From the IMG/VR virus record IMGVR_UViG_3300005613_003484, positions 2,540 to 66,539 of that record: a stretch of 64,000 bases of DNA, one strand, 5' to 3'. Positions 44,405 to 53,988 of the stretch are shown in pieces (within the stretch, counting starts at the first letter, position 1; each line of letters begins with the position of its first letter). The stretch is from a virus. Both the position numbers and the translations under genes were made by a program. The notes beneath the pieces were generated by a model. That model ran no database searches, was not told the origin of the DNA, and saw nothing but the letters and a program-made list of their open reading frames with translations.

Positions 44405-46576
44405 TCAGGCGATGAGGGAGACAAACTCTCCAAGAATTTTTTTGTTCATCTTCTTAGATGAAAGAGACTTTTTGAATGCATTACGAATTTGAATCTTCGT
44501 TGCACAATCTGCAACTTCAAACTCACTATCCTGAGAAAGTGCATTCGATGAGATGCCAAAGTATGCATCATATCCAGTTTCTTTTAAAGTAAAACTACGT
44601 GTTTTTTTCCAGATAGATTCCAACCTAGAACGTTCCTCTATTGAAGAGGTATGCATACGAATGAAGGAGTGTGCATTGCGAGATTCAATAATCCGAATCC
44701 CAATAAAATTAGTTGATGGAAAACGATCTTGAAGATTATTCAGAAGAGTTTGAGTAAACTCATGATAGTTATAACCAAATGAATATGTCTTTCCAGTTTT
44801 ACGATCCCTCAAAAATGTTGTTTCTGGATTGATGGAACGTGCTCCAAGTCGAGTTTCATTTTCCCATTTCAAATTAATTTCAGAGTGACGATTTAGGTGA
44901 TGAGCTTCACCATCAGTCAAGACTACACACTGAACTTTTTGAAGTTTGTTCTCTTTCTGAAATTTTGGAATAATTTGATTCAAACAGATCAAAGATTCAT
45001 TGAGAGGTGTTCCAGAAAGACTTGCACGGGATGGAGCATCATAACTAACACCATTTTTGTATCCAAATACGAGTCTCCAAATGTTCTTCATGCAGTTTTC
45101 AAATTCTGAAGATTTGATTCGATTGCTCAGAAAATTTAAAAGACAAAAGTCTTGATCAACAATCAATTGTCCATCTTTAGCTTCATAATGCTTTGGAGGA
45201 TAGATTGGTTTGTTATTTTCATCATATGTTACGTTTTTCCAATTATTTGTAAAGGCATAAACTTCAAATGGAATGTTAGTTTTTTTACAGAACCAAATGA
45301 GATTAAAGAGTTGTTTGATTGTGTCCTGCAGAACAGGTGCCATAGAACCAGACCAATCAAGAATAAAAATCAATCCATGATTTTTTCCATCAGAAAGAGT
45401 TGTCACTTTCTTGAATAGATCTTCATTGTACTTATAGGTATGTAATTTTGAACAATCCAAAATTCCAGTTTTGGAAATGGATGCCCGAGCATATGAATCT
45501 GCAGACTTTTTACATTCAAACTCCTTCACCAAATAATTGACTTCTTTCTGTGCAGACTTTTTAAATTTTTGGTATTCAGAATCTGCATCTGAAAATAGAG
45601 CATAACACTTTCCACCATATACTTGTCTAAGTTCATCACTTGACCGCTGTTGTTGAGAAAAAGAATCATTAATATATTCATGGAATTCTTTATAATCAAC
45701 TACTGCTGAATCTAGATTAATTTCAGGAATTTCAACATAGCAGTTTTCAGAACCATGCTTATTAACTAGACTTTTGATTTTTTCTGACAGGGAAGAATCT
45801 GTACGAACTTCAGGTTCTTTCTCCTCACTCTCAGTCTTATTGACAGGAGTATCAACATCACCTTCAGTCGTATCTTCTTGATTGTTAGAAGTCTCTTCAG
45901 ATGGTTGAGATTCATCAACATCATTGTCAGAATTTTGAGGTTGAATCTCTTCATCTGAGGAAGCTCCCGAAGAGTTTGAACCCGTTTGTTCATGAGTATT
46001 TGGAAACTCAATCTTCTGCTGTTCGTTTTCTTGATTTTTGCAATATTTGTACAGTTCTTCTGCAGCAATGAGAACATCAGCAAAAGTACTACAATCTGAG
46101 ATCATTTCAATAATCTCATCTTCCTCATCTGAAAAAAGAACATCAATGTAGTTACCAATTTTGAAATAAAGATTGGCACGATCAGCGAGATTAAAAGTTC
46201 TCAGATCTTCACCCTCAATGGAGAAGAAATCTTGATCTGAAAGTTCTTTATATCCTTTATAAAAGGTCTTGGAAAGACCAGGGTATTTACCCTTCATCAA
46301 TTTCTCAATACGAGCATCTTCTACAATGTTTACGAATTGGTGTGGAATGGTTACATTCTCAGTCCAATCCTCATCGGGCGTATAAAGGGCATGGCCGACC
46401 TCATGGCCCACCAGAAGGTCGTAGACGGTGTTCGATGCCTTTTCCCACAAAGGAAGCGTCAGGACCCGTGTGTGGACGTTAAAGCAAGCGGTCTCAACGG
46501 ACTTGTGCTCAACCACTAGATCCTCAGTGGCAAGGAGTTTGGCAAGTTGAGACTTGATTTCGTATTGAACTGCCAT
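44405..46576 (-). CDS. metallopeptidase-like plus vWA domain protein (CobT-like partner of the AAA ATPase)
   Basis: GHEVGHALYT, NIVEDARIE, acidic linker, LDWSGSM MIDAS, GTPL, LTDGE. Confidence 0.88.
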   Translation of the reverse strand: MAVQYEIKSQLAKLLATEDLVVEHKSVETACFNVHTRVLTLPLWEKASNTVYDLLVGHEVGHALYTPDEDWTENVTIPHQFVNIVEDARIEKLMKGKYPGLSKTFYKGYKELSDQDFFSIEGEDLRTFNLADRANLYFKIGNYIDVLFSDEEDEIIEMISDCSTFADVLIAAEELYKYCKNQENEQQKIEFPNTHEQTGSNSSGASSDEEIQPQNSDNDVDESQPSEETSNNQEDTTEGDVDTPVNKTESEEKEPEVRTDSSLSEKIKSLVNKHGSENCYVEIPEINLDSAVVDYKEFHEYINDSFSQQQRSSDELRQVYGGKCYALFSDADSEYQKFKKSAQKEVNYLVKEFECKKSADSYARASISKTGILDCSKLHTYKYNEDLFKKVTTLSDGKNHGLIFILDWSGSMAPVLQDTIKQLFNLIWFCKKTNIPFEVYAFTNNWKNVTYDENNKPIYPPKHYEAKDGQLIVDQDFCLLNFLSNRIKSSEFENCMKNIWRLVFGYKNGVSYDAPSRASLSGTPLNESLICLNQIIPKFQKENKLQKVQCVVLTDGEAHHLNRHSEINLKWENETRLGARSINPETTFLRDRKTGKTYSFGYNYHEFTQTLLNNLQDRFPSTNFIGIRIIESRNAHSFIRMHTSSIEERSRLESIWKKTRSFTLKETGYDAYFGISSNALSQDSEFEVADCATKIQIRNAFKKSLSSKKMNKKILGEFVSLIA

Positions 46577-46591
46577 GGGGGTGTTTGTCGA

Positions 46592-46750
46592 TTACCCACA
46601 TATCATACAAGAAGACCCCCCTTTGCGGGAGGTCTTGTGACACTTTTTGAAGTGGTTCAACGCTTGCTTTCGGGCTCGGAGTCTTCCTTTACAGGTCCCC
46701 TTGCCCTTCTTTTCTTTGTTGGAGTTGTGTTGCCAGTTTGGAGTTGTCAT
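46592..46750 (-). CDS. small basic hypothetical protein (52 aa)
   Basis: Manual translation MTTPNWQHNSNKEKKGKG...; ATGA-coupled to the gp46 stop. Confidence 0.5.
   Translation of the reverse strand: MTTPNWQHNSNKEKKGKGTCKGRLRARKQALNHFKKCHKTSRKGGSSCMICG
46601..46660 (-). promoter_or_regulatory. cyanophage early-type promoter element
   Basis: CCACTT..AAAGTGTCACA, then hairpin AAGACC..GGTCTT, then TATGAT. Confidence 0.55.
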
Positions 46751-48459
46751 GAGACGATCCTGGAGAACCCTTTTATCTTATCAAATTTAATGACGTTTTC
46801 AAACTTGTCATATAGTCCTTCTTTATGAGAAATAATGAATATATTAGCATCTTTAATGACATAACGAATAATCTTCAGAAACTCATCCGTACCAAACCCA
46901 TCAAGAGAACTATCAAATACTTCATCCATGATCAATAGATTAGTATTTACAGAGTTTTTAGCTCTTGCAACTTCTCTCCATGTAAAGAGAAGTGCCAAAT
47001 CAATTCTCATCTTTTCACCTTCAGAGAAGGATGAATATGAGAACTTCTCATGAATTGGAGATTGTACAGTTTCATTGAATTCCTCATCAAGTTTGAAGTT
47101 GATGTAGAAATCCATCATGGTAAGATAGCGATTAATCTGCTGATTAATCAAAGGAAGATACTTTTTGATAATCTCCCGTTTTACACCACCATCTTTTAGA
47201 AGAGAAAATCCAAATTCATAATAATTCAACTGGTCTTTTTGTTCAGAAAGATCATCATAAATCTTCTCCAAATCCTTTTGAAAGGAAATTAATTTGTCAT
47301 GTTCAGTATTTCTGTTTTCAAGTTGATGGGTAAGTTTTTGAATTTCAGATTCAAGTTCATTGATCTGCCTCTGAACACCAGATATTGTTGAATTGTTTTT
47401 AGAAATCTCATAATTGAGATTGACGGTCTCCTTACTAATTGACTTGAACTTTTGCTCTCTTGTTTCTTCTTCTAGAATTGCTTTTTCCAGTTCTTCATAA
47501 CCAGACTGCAATTCCTTTGCTTTATTTTGAGCATCTTCAATTCTATTTAACCTAAACTCTTGGTCTATGTTCTGTGTACATGTAGGGCATACCGTATTTT
47601 CATTAAAAAATTTATGCTCATTTGTAATAGTTAATACCTTTTGAGACAACTTTCCTTTCAGGTTTCCCAACTTACGAAGTTTCTCTGAGGCTCCATCAAA
47701 TTTTTTTAACTCATCCTGAAGTTTCTCTAGATCATCAGAAATCTTTTTATTTTCATCCATATAATTGCCAATTTCATTTGTAAGATTGGCAATCTTTTTT
47801 TTGTTGGCATTTATATTGGCATTTCCTCGATTCTCAAGTTCTTCAATAAAAGACTTCTGCATCTTGATCTTCTCAAGAACTCCATCTTTTTTAATTTCAA
47901 GAATTTTAGTCTTTTCACGAAAGATCTTAATCTTCTCCTTTATGATTGAATTCATTGCAGAGAAGATTTTGATGTCAAGAAGATCTTCAATAACTTCTCT
48001 TCTATGCCCACTGGACAGTTGCATAAAAGGAACAAATGTTGATGATCCCAAAATAACAACTTGTGTAAAAGATTTATGATTCAGTTTTAAAATATTATCT
48101 TCTAAGATTCTTTGATTTGATCGATCATCTGCTTCTTTATGAAGCGTTTTTCCATTTACTTCAATATCAAAGATGTTCGGTTTCATTCCTCTCCGAACAA
48201 AATAATTTTTATTACCAACACTAAATTCAATCTCAACTAAACAATCTCTTTCATTGGTTGTGTTGACCAATTGAGGTTTGTTAATTTTGCGAAATGGTTT
48301 ATTGAATAAAACAAATGTAAGGGCATCTAAAAGAGTTGATTTTCCAGATCCATTTGGACCAACAATAATTGTATTATTGGTCTGAACAAAATCAATTTCA
48401 GTCCATTGGTTTCCAGTACTTAAGAAATTACGCCAACGAATTTTTTTAAAGGTGATCAT
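46747..48459 (-). CDS. gp46: recombination endonuclease subunit gp46 (Rad50/SbcC-like)
   Basis: GPNGSGKST, CPTC hook, FSEGE, LIMDE, ISH. Confidence 0.96.
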   Translation of the reverse strand: MITFKKIRWRNFLSTGNQWTEIDFVQTNNTIIVGPNGSGKSTLLDALTFVLFNKPFRKINKPQLVNTTNERDCLVEIEFSVGNKNYFVRRGMKPNIFDIEVNGKTLHKEADDRSNQRILEDNILKLNHKSFTQVVILGSSTFVPFMQLSSGHRREVIEDLLDIKIFSAMNSIIKEKIKIFREKTKILEIKKDGVLEKIKMQKSFIEELENRGNANINANKKKIANLTNEIGNYMDENKKISDDLEKLQDELKKFDGASEKLRKLGNLKGKLSQKVLTITNEHKFFNENTVCPTCTQNIDQEFRLNRIEDAQNKAKELQSGYEELEKAILEEETREQKFKSISKETVNLNYEISKNNSTISGVQRQINELESEIQKLTHQLENRNTEHDKLISFQKDLEKIYDDLSEQKDQLNYYEFGFSLLKDGGVKREIIKKYLPLINQQINRYLTMMDFYINFKLDEEFNETVQSPIHEKFSYSSFSEGEKMRIDLALLFTWREVARAKNSVNTNLLIMDEVFDSSLDGFGTDEFLKIIRYVIKDANIFIISHKEGLYDKFENVIKFDKIKGFSRIVS

Positions 48460-48462
48460 ATT

Positions 48463-48750
48463 TCAATTTACAGGTGGAATTACAAAATCATCTGGTGTAA
48501 TTATAGTATAACTTAATCCATTTGAAATACAAGTCTTAATTGCCATTTCTGGATCAACTTCTACAACTTTAACAATTCTTTTTTCAGTACTTTCTTGCTC
48601 TAACATCATAGCATATCTTTCAGCATCATCCTCTTCTTCAAAGAAAAACAAAACCTTTTCATAATTCTTATTAACTACTGCATATGCACCCTCTGCAAAT
48701 TTTGTTTTTTGGATGAGCATATACATGCTAGTCAACCTCGCAAGCTTCAC
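48463..48750 (-). CDS. hypothetical protein
   Basis: GAYAV...FEEEDDAERYA...ITPDDFVIPP; lies between gp47 and gp46. Confidence 0.75.
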   Translation of the reverse strand: MKLARLTSMYMLIQKTKFAEGAYAVVNKNYEKVLFFFEEEDDAERYAMMLEQESTEKRIVKVVEVDPEMAIKTCISNGLSYTIITPDDFVIPPVN

Positions 48751-49777
48751 TATAGACTTTTTCTAAAATGGATTTCATTTTTGAAACATCTAAACTGAAT
48801 TCTGAATCATCAATATATCTATTCAGGATTGAAAGAGTATTTTCAACATTTTCAGTGTCTAGATCTTCAGATTGATAATAACCATTAAAGTCAAAATTTT
48901 CAACAATTTTTAAATCATTAACTCCAGATGCATAAAGTTTATCAACGAACTTATCAAACTGACTAATGCTTGATTTCTTGTTTACAATGACCTTTACAAT
49001 TTTATCTTTGTAAGGTTCAGCATTGAAAGTTTGATGTGGAGTATCTTCGTAAGAGATGATATGAAATAACCGATGTGGATTATTGACTGGAGTGTGTTCT
49101 AGGGTTTCTGTATCAAAGATATGAAAACCTCTGGTCTCATCTACATCATGCCAATAAATCTCATATGGATTCCCAAGATAGTAAACGTTATCTTGAAAGT
49201 TTCTGTGATGATAATGTCCAGAGAAAACTTTTTTAAACTTTTGATATGTTGATTTATCGTCTCCGTGCTCCACAATATAAGAGCGATTTGCATAAAAACC
49301 CTTCATTTCAAGATGACCAAAAGCAACCTTTGCAGAAGTTTTGGCCATCATCTCTAGAGTTTGTTCACGATTTTCATCATTCATCCAAGGGATAAAGAAA
49401 GTTTGTAGATTCCCAATTGTAAGTTCTGTAGGAGATCCATAAACAATAACATTACTATACTCTCGTAAAAGAAGATCAACAGAGTTAATTTCGTTGGTAT
49501 CTTTATAGTAAGCAGTGTGATTACCGACGATTGTATGAACAGTGATGCCCATATCGCGGAGAATATCATAATAGTTCTCTTTAGCCCAACTGAGAGACCA
49601 AAAATCAATCCCCTTACGAGTGTCAAAAGTATCACCCATATCGATGACAGTATCGATATTTTCTCTTTCAAGAGTTGGAAAAAACACATCATCATAGAAC
49701 TTTTTGAAGTAGTCATGAAGATTCTTGTTTCCCTTTCTTGCGCCGAAATGTTGATCAGTGATAATAGCGATCTTCAT
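48728..49777 (-). CDS. gp47: recombination endonuclease subunit gp47 (Mre11/SbcD-like)
   Basis: TDQHFG, GDTFD, GNH, SGHYH. Confidence 0.96.
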   Translation of the reverse strand: MKIAIITDQHFGARKGNKNLHDYFKKFYDDVFFPTLERENIDTVIDMGDTFDTRKGIDFWSLSWAKENYYDILRDMGITVHTIVGNHTAYYKDTNEINSVDLLLREYSNVIVYGSPTELTIGNLQTFFIPWMNDENREQTLEMMAKTSAKVAFGHLEMKGFYANRSYIVEHGDDKSTYQKFKKVFSGHYHHRNFQDNVYYLGNPYEIYWHDVDETRGFHIFDTETLEHTPVNNPHRLFHIISYEDTPHQTFNAEPYKDKIVKVIVNKKSSISQFDKFVDKLYASGVNDLKIVENFDFNGYYQSEDLDTENVENTLSILNRYIDDSEFSLDVSKMKSILEKVYSEACEVD

Positions 49778-50286
49778 CGATTCAGTTTATACTGGATGTT
49801 TTCTTTAATCGTATTATAGTCTGAACTAGTACCAGAAAGCAAGCTTTCGTCAACTGACATGACTTCAGCAAATCCTGACTTTTCAATGATTCGACTTTTA
49901 ACTTCCAGTTGTCTCTTTTCCTTTTGAATCTTACGAAGAAATGCAAAGTTAATGATCTGAGTAAAGTATGCAAATGGATTGCTACTCTTTGCGGGATCAA
50001 AGTTTCGGATGTATTGAATGCAGTTTTCAATGCCATCAGAAATCATATCATCTTTAAACACATAATTTACAAAATTTGGTTTATGTGCTAAATGATCCCC
50101 AATCTTCTTGAAACAAGATCCAAGGTATTCATGAGTCTTTCTGAAGTCTCTAGACTCTTTGAGAAGATCAAGTTTTGTCTTGCCTTCACTCTCGGCATTA
50201 ATTAAGTATTCTCTATACTTGACAATATGAAATAAAAATTCCTTATTGTTAACGTAATGTTCTGGTTTCTTTTTAGTTCTGGTCAT
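49774..50286 (-). CDS. gp55: late-transcription sigma factor gp55
   Basis: HYVNNKEF, PNFVNY, DMISDGIENC, NPFAYFTQI. Confidence 0.95.
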   Translation of the reverse strand: MTRTKKKPEHYVNNKEFLFHIVKYREYLINAESEGKTKLDLLKESRDFRKTHEYLGSCFKKIGDHLAHKPNFVNYVFKDDMISDGIENCIQYIRNFDPAKSSNPFAYFTQIINFAFLRKIQKEKRQLEVKSRIIEKSGFAEVMSVDESLLSGTSSDYNTIKENIQYKLNR

Positions 50287-50333
50287 TATGAATAACTTTT
50301 AGTTATTGAAATTATAACATAACGAACAGGGCC

Positions 50334-50362
50334 TTGACAAGTATCAAAAACATGAGTAGACT
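50334..50362 (+). promoter_or_regulatory. plus-strand sigma70 promoter, antisense to the gene flow
   Basis: TTGACA-17-TAGACT, back to back with the gp55 -10 box (50311-50316). Confidence 0.55.
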
Positions 50363-50402
50363 CTGGCTTGTCTGGGATAAAGATGAGCTATAGCTTTAGC
50401 TA

Positions 50403-50840
50403 TTATTCTTTACGATCTTTAAGATCTAGATGAAATAACTTCTCTAAGCTTTTTTTAGTTTCATCTACAGACCCTAAGAATCCCATATTTTTAGAGACTG
50501 ATCTTTCATTATCAAGTTGATCATCTTCATCATCAAAATCATCTGAGTTTGAATTAATAAAAGATTTGTATAATGAAATGAGATCTATGTCATGTATTTC
50601 AGACATTGTGATGACTTTTGAAAGTCGAATAAAGTAAATTCCATCATTTGTAAGTTTCATCCAAGGCTCAATTTTTATATGATGATGATTTCGATTTGTG
50701 ATATAAGTAATGACCACAGGATCTTGTAATATCAGAATTGGATCATCATCAGTATCATCCACCATCATCAAACAAAAGATCTCCTCTCCAGAAACTAATT
50801 TTAATGCACAGTAAAATTCCTTTTCTAGATCTGAATTCAT
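50403..50840 (-). CDS. hypothetical protein (Sm-like fold candidate)
   Basis: LKLVSGEEIF...EPWMK...MGFLGSV; usual position between uvsW and gp55. Confidence 0.8.
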   Translation of the reverse strand: MNSDLEKEFYCALKLVSGEEIFCLMMVDDTDDDPILILQDPVVITYITNRNHHHIKIEPWMKLTNDGIYFIRLSKVITMSEIHDIDLISLYKSFINSNSDDFDDEDDQLDNERSVSKNMGFLGSVDETKKSLEKLFHLDLKDRKE

Positions 50841-52300
50841 TTTGATAATGCGACGTTTATAATTTCATAATTGAATTTTTCTTCTTTATATACTTTAATT
50901 CTTTCGACTAAATGATTTAAGGTATAATTTCTGTTTTTGTTAAAAGTGATATCATCAGCAATATCATATAGAGTTGCTTTTAACTTACTATCACTCTTTC
51001 TCAAGACCCTACCAATTGACTGTAGGTTTCTGATTCTTGATTTTGAAGGGGACGCAAAGATAACATTATGAAGATTTTTAATGTTAATTCCAGTACTGAA
51101 GGTCCCATAAGATGCAACAATGATTGCGTTAGTTTGAGATTCCGTGATTTTACGAACTCTTTCCCTATCTTCGGTATCCACGCCACCATAAACGAAGAAA
51201 ACCTTTCGTCCTTTTGTTGCTGATTTATTTATCATATCAAATAACGGCTGACCATGAGATTCAACTCTGGTAAACAACACCAATGTGTTTCCTTTTTGAT
51301 CTAAAGTTAAGTTTTTGATGAATGTATTTCTCTTCTCATTGTCACATAAATATCGAATCTCTTCTTGATAACTATCAAACAATCTTGGATGATGTTTGAG
51401 AATGATGATCTTAATATCTAAATTTGAAAGAAATTTATTCTCAATCAGTTCCTTTGTCTTAATTGTAGAATAAGATGGTCCAAACAATCCTTCCAAAATC
51501 CATTTATGTGTCTGACTTCCATCCAATGTTCCAGTAAATCCAAATCGATACTTTGCATCGGCAAGTTTGGTCATGATACTTACCAAAGACTTAGATTTGA
51601 AGAGATGAGCTTCATCTCCAACAACTACTTCAAATCTTTCAAAATACTTTCGATCTAACTTATAAATTGATTGCCAAGTGGTAATAATGACTTGATTATT
51701 AGTCTCTCGTTCTTTTCCTCCATAGATTTTATGACAATATGATCCCACATCCCATCCATAATCAGCAAAGTCCTTATACATTTGCTCTACAAGAGACGTT
51801 GTGGGAACAATGATAAGTGTATCTTTTCCCTTCTCAACATAATATCTGACCACAGAATAAATCATCAGAGATTTACCTGATCCAGTCGGTGACACGATAA
51901 GTCTTCGATTACACTTCAGTGCATCATAGACTGCTTGTATTTGATAATCTCTGGGTTTATGTACAGAGATTGATGTCATATAATCTTTGACTCCCTCATA
52001 GGAAATCATTTTGTTTAAATCAATTGGAAGACCATAGTATTTGTTATCTTGAAACTCAAACTTGTATCCATGGTCTTCACAGAACTTTAGAAGTTTATCT
52101 AGAAGTCCAATATAAAGTTCTCCAGTTTGAATATTGAATAATCTAATCTTTCCATCCCACCAACGATTACGATATTGGGGCATGTACTTAGCCCCTTCAA
52201 CATCGAATGTAAATTGATCTGATATTTCGTGCTTAATATGAGGTTCAGTTTTGATTTTTAAATAAACTTCATTTTTCTTGGAAATAATTAGATCACTCAT
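50837..52300 (-). CDS. uvsW: DNA/RNA helicase UvsW
   Basis: PRDYQ, SPTGSGKS, DEAH, TGT, QSIGR.LR. Confidence 0.95.
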   Translation of the reverse strand: MSDLIISKKNEVYLKIKTEPHIKHEISDQFTFDVEGAKYMPQYRNRWWDGKIRLFNIQTGELYIGLLDKLLKFCEDHGYKFEFQDNKYYGLPIDLNKMISYEGVKDYMTSISVHKPRDYQIQAVYDALKCNRRLIVSPTGSGKSLMIYSVVRYYVEKGKDTLIIVPTTSLVEQMYKDFADYGWDVGSYCHKIYGGKERETNNQVIITTWQSIYKLDRKYFERFEVVVGDEAHLFKSKSLVSIMTKLADAKYRFGFTGTLDGSQTHKWILEGLFGPSYSTIKTKELIENKFLSNLDIKIIILKHHPRLFDSYQEEIRYLCDNEKRNTFIKNLTLDQKGNTLVLFTRVESHGQPLFDMINKSATKGRKVFFVYGGVDTEDRERVRKITESQTNAIIVASYGTFSTGINIKNLHNVIFASPSKSRIRNLQSIGRVLRKSDSKLKATLYDIADDITFNKNRNYTLNHLVERIKVYKEEKFNYEIINVALSK

Positions 52301-52304
52301 TCCG

Positions 52305-52733
52305 CTACATTCCTGATGTAAATTTCAACCAATCGATGGCGTTCTTTATTATGTATCCACGATTTGAAAGTGATTTTATGATTTCTTCCAAGTAGCGAAG
52401 CATCGTGTCATAATATCGAATCTTCATATCGACTTTTGAAAGTCTCTCATCGGCGCTCATATGCCTCTGTATGCTCTCCTTTTCCCTGACCTTATAGGGA
52501 AATGGTTCTTCCTCGTAAACGCTTGGTTCTGCCTTTCCTGTGTAGTAGTTATAGCGTTCTAGATATAACTTGTCGTATGTTTCTTTTGATCGTTCTCTTA
52601 GTAGCAATACTGTATTGTAAAGTTCATAGTATTTTGCATGAAGTTGTGGAATTTTAAGTGATTCATTTGCGAGATCATCTTTATCAATCTCAGAATCACG
52701 ATTCCACATCTTCTGAATTTCATCAAGATTCAT
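52305..52733 (-). CDS. uvsY: recombination mediator UvsY
   Basis: ESLKIPQLHAKY, YYTGKA, IKNAIDW. Confidence 0.92.
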   Translation of the reverse strand: MNLDEIQKMWNRDSEIDKDDLANESLKIPQLHAKYYELYNTVLLLRERSKETYDKLYLERYNYYTGKAEPSVYEEEPFPYKVREKESIQRHMSADERLSKVDMKIRYYDTMLRYLEEIIKSLSNRGYIIKNAIDWLKFTSGM

Positions 52734-53275
52734 AAATCAATTCCAAGCATGTTCGTAACTTCGTATATACTATACTTGAAAACAGCCCTTGCTGTAAAGT
52801 ACTGTTCGCTCTGTATCTTACTATCAAACTCCAAACCACTAAGACTCACAGGAAACATATCCCTGAACTTGATTTTGAAATTTGGTCTGAGATTGCTATT
52901 TAAAACTATAAGAGTCCCATCAGAAAACTGTTCCTGATAATCCTCAATATTATCACTATTCGTTACTAGATCCTTAAACTGTTGTGGAGTCTCTGGAAAT
53001 CCAAGACCAGTCATCCAGTTATGAACTGCCATGTAATTTTCAAAATCCTCATCCACAAGAAATGTCATCTCAAAATCAGTATATTCCAAAATTTCTCCAG
53101 GAATATCTAAATTTTTGAGATATGATGGTTGAATTGCAGTCCCTAATCGAATCTCTGGAATATTTGCCGTCTGACAAAAGAAATCAATTTTAGGGTTCTT
53201 GGCAATAATAAATTCAAATCCACTAGGAGTTAAAAAATTACGATTTTGGATTTGTCTTGAAAATGCACTTGTCAT
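52730..53275 (-). CDS. gp3: tail completion / tube terminator (gp3)
   Basis: NRNFL.P.GF, ANIP, FLVDEDFENY, FPVSLS. Confidence 0.88.
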   Translation of the reverse strand: MTSAFSRQIQNRNFLTPSGFEFIIAKNPKIDFFCQTANIPEIRLGTAIQPSYLKNLDIPGEILEYTDFEMTFLVDEDFENYMAVHNWMTGLGFPETPQQFKDLVTNSDNIEDYQEQFSDGTLIVLNSNLRPNFKIKFRDMFPVSLSGLEFDSKIQSEQYFTARAVFKYSIYEVTNMLGIDL

Positions 53276-53281
53276 GATCTA

Positions 53282-53557
53282 TCACTCCTTATCAGTTTCA
53301 GTTTCTATAGTTCCGAATTTTCTTGTAGTTGTCTTTCCGGGTTTTTTCATAGTTTTTCTACCAAACGCTCTTAAAGCTTTAAGACCAGTAGAAAGGGCTG
53401 GACCAGCACCAAGTTTTACTGCAGCTGCAGTTGCACCAAGTTGTGCAAGATCTCCTATTGGAGAACGAGTCTTTCCACCTTTTTCCATATCTTTTCTGAC
53501 ACCTGGAGGAAGACTTTGCTTATAAGCATTCTCACAAAAGGTTCTAAAGTTCTTCAT
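53282..53557 (-). CDS. small basic late protein with capsid-targeting-like N-terminus
   Basis: MKNFRTFCE start; CTAAATA box just upstream. Confidence 0.65.
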   Translation of the reverse strand: MKNFRTFCENAYKQSLPPGVRKDMEKGGKTRSPIGDLAQLGATAAAVKLGAGPALSTGLKALRAFGRKTMKKPGKTTTRKFGTIETETDKE

Positions 53558-53571
53558 GTTTTTATTTGTAT

Positions 53572-53904
53572 TTAGCGGTGCTCCTTGTAATGACGGACTC
53601 TATGACAGTTAGAACAAATCATAATACACTTCTTTGCTTCTTCCATAATAGTGTTAAGGTTTCCGTCCAACCTAGGTGCTATCTCAAAGGATTTGGTTGA
53701 TGTGTCCAAATGGTGAAAGTCGTAACAGCAAGGAGGAAAACTGCCTCCACAATCATGGCATACATCACCAAAATGCCCTACAAGCTTTGCCTTTCTTTCA
53801 TCACGTCTCCTCATTACATACATTTTGTGTTTTTCTTTGTCTCTCTTCCACCCATTCTTGTCAACATAGGTGTCGCCAATATTTGGATCAGATGGTCTAG
53901 GCAT
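53572..53904 (-). CDS. HNH-type endonuclease-like protein downstream of gp23
   Basis: CHDC...YDFHH.D...KC...CSNCH..RH; own TATAAATA. Confidence 0.75.
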   Translation of the reverse strand: MPRPSDPNIGDTYVDKNGWKRDKEKHKMYVMRRRDERKAKLVGHFGDVCHDCGGSFPPCCYDFHHLDTSTKSFEIAPRLDGNLNTIMEEAKKCIMICSNCHRVRHYKEHR

Positions 53905-53926
53905 GTTAAATATGCATATTTCAAAT

Positions 53927-53960
53927 TTATTTATAAAAAAAGACCCCTATGGGAGGGGTC
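53927..53960 (-). terminator. gp23 terminator fused to a late promoter
   Basis: GACCCCT...AGGGGTC-TTTTTTTATAAATA. Confidence 0.75.
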
Positions 53961-53988
53961 GAATGGATAACGGGAAAGACCCGCAAGC

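Noticed and set aside
44323-44433. Long N-terminal extensions in the ORF track (cobS-like, also rlpA, 19451, 33827, 36357)
   Set aside because: They run through promoters, terminators or upstream genes; downstream starts fit family N-termini and SD sites better.
43225-46576. Cobalamin biosynthesis (cobS/cobT)
   Set aside because: There is no cobN or other cob gene; a MoxR ATPase plus vWA-peptidase pair is a standard T4-like cyanophage module.
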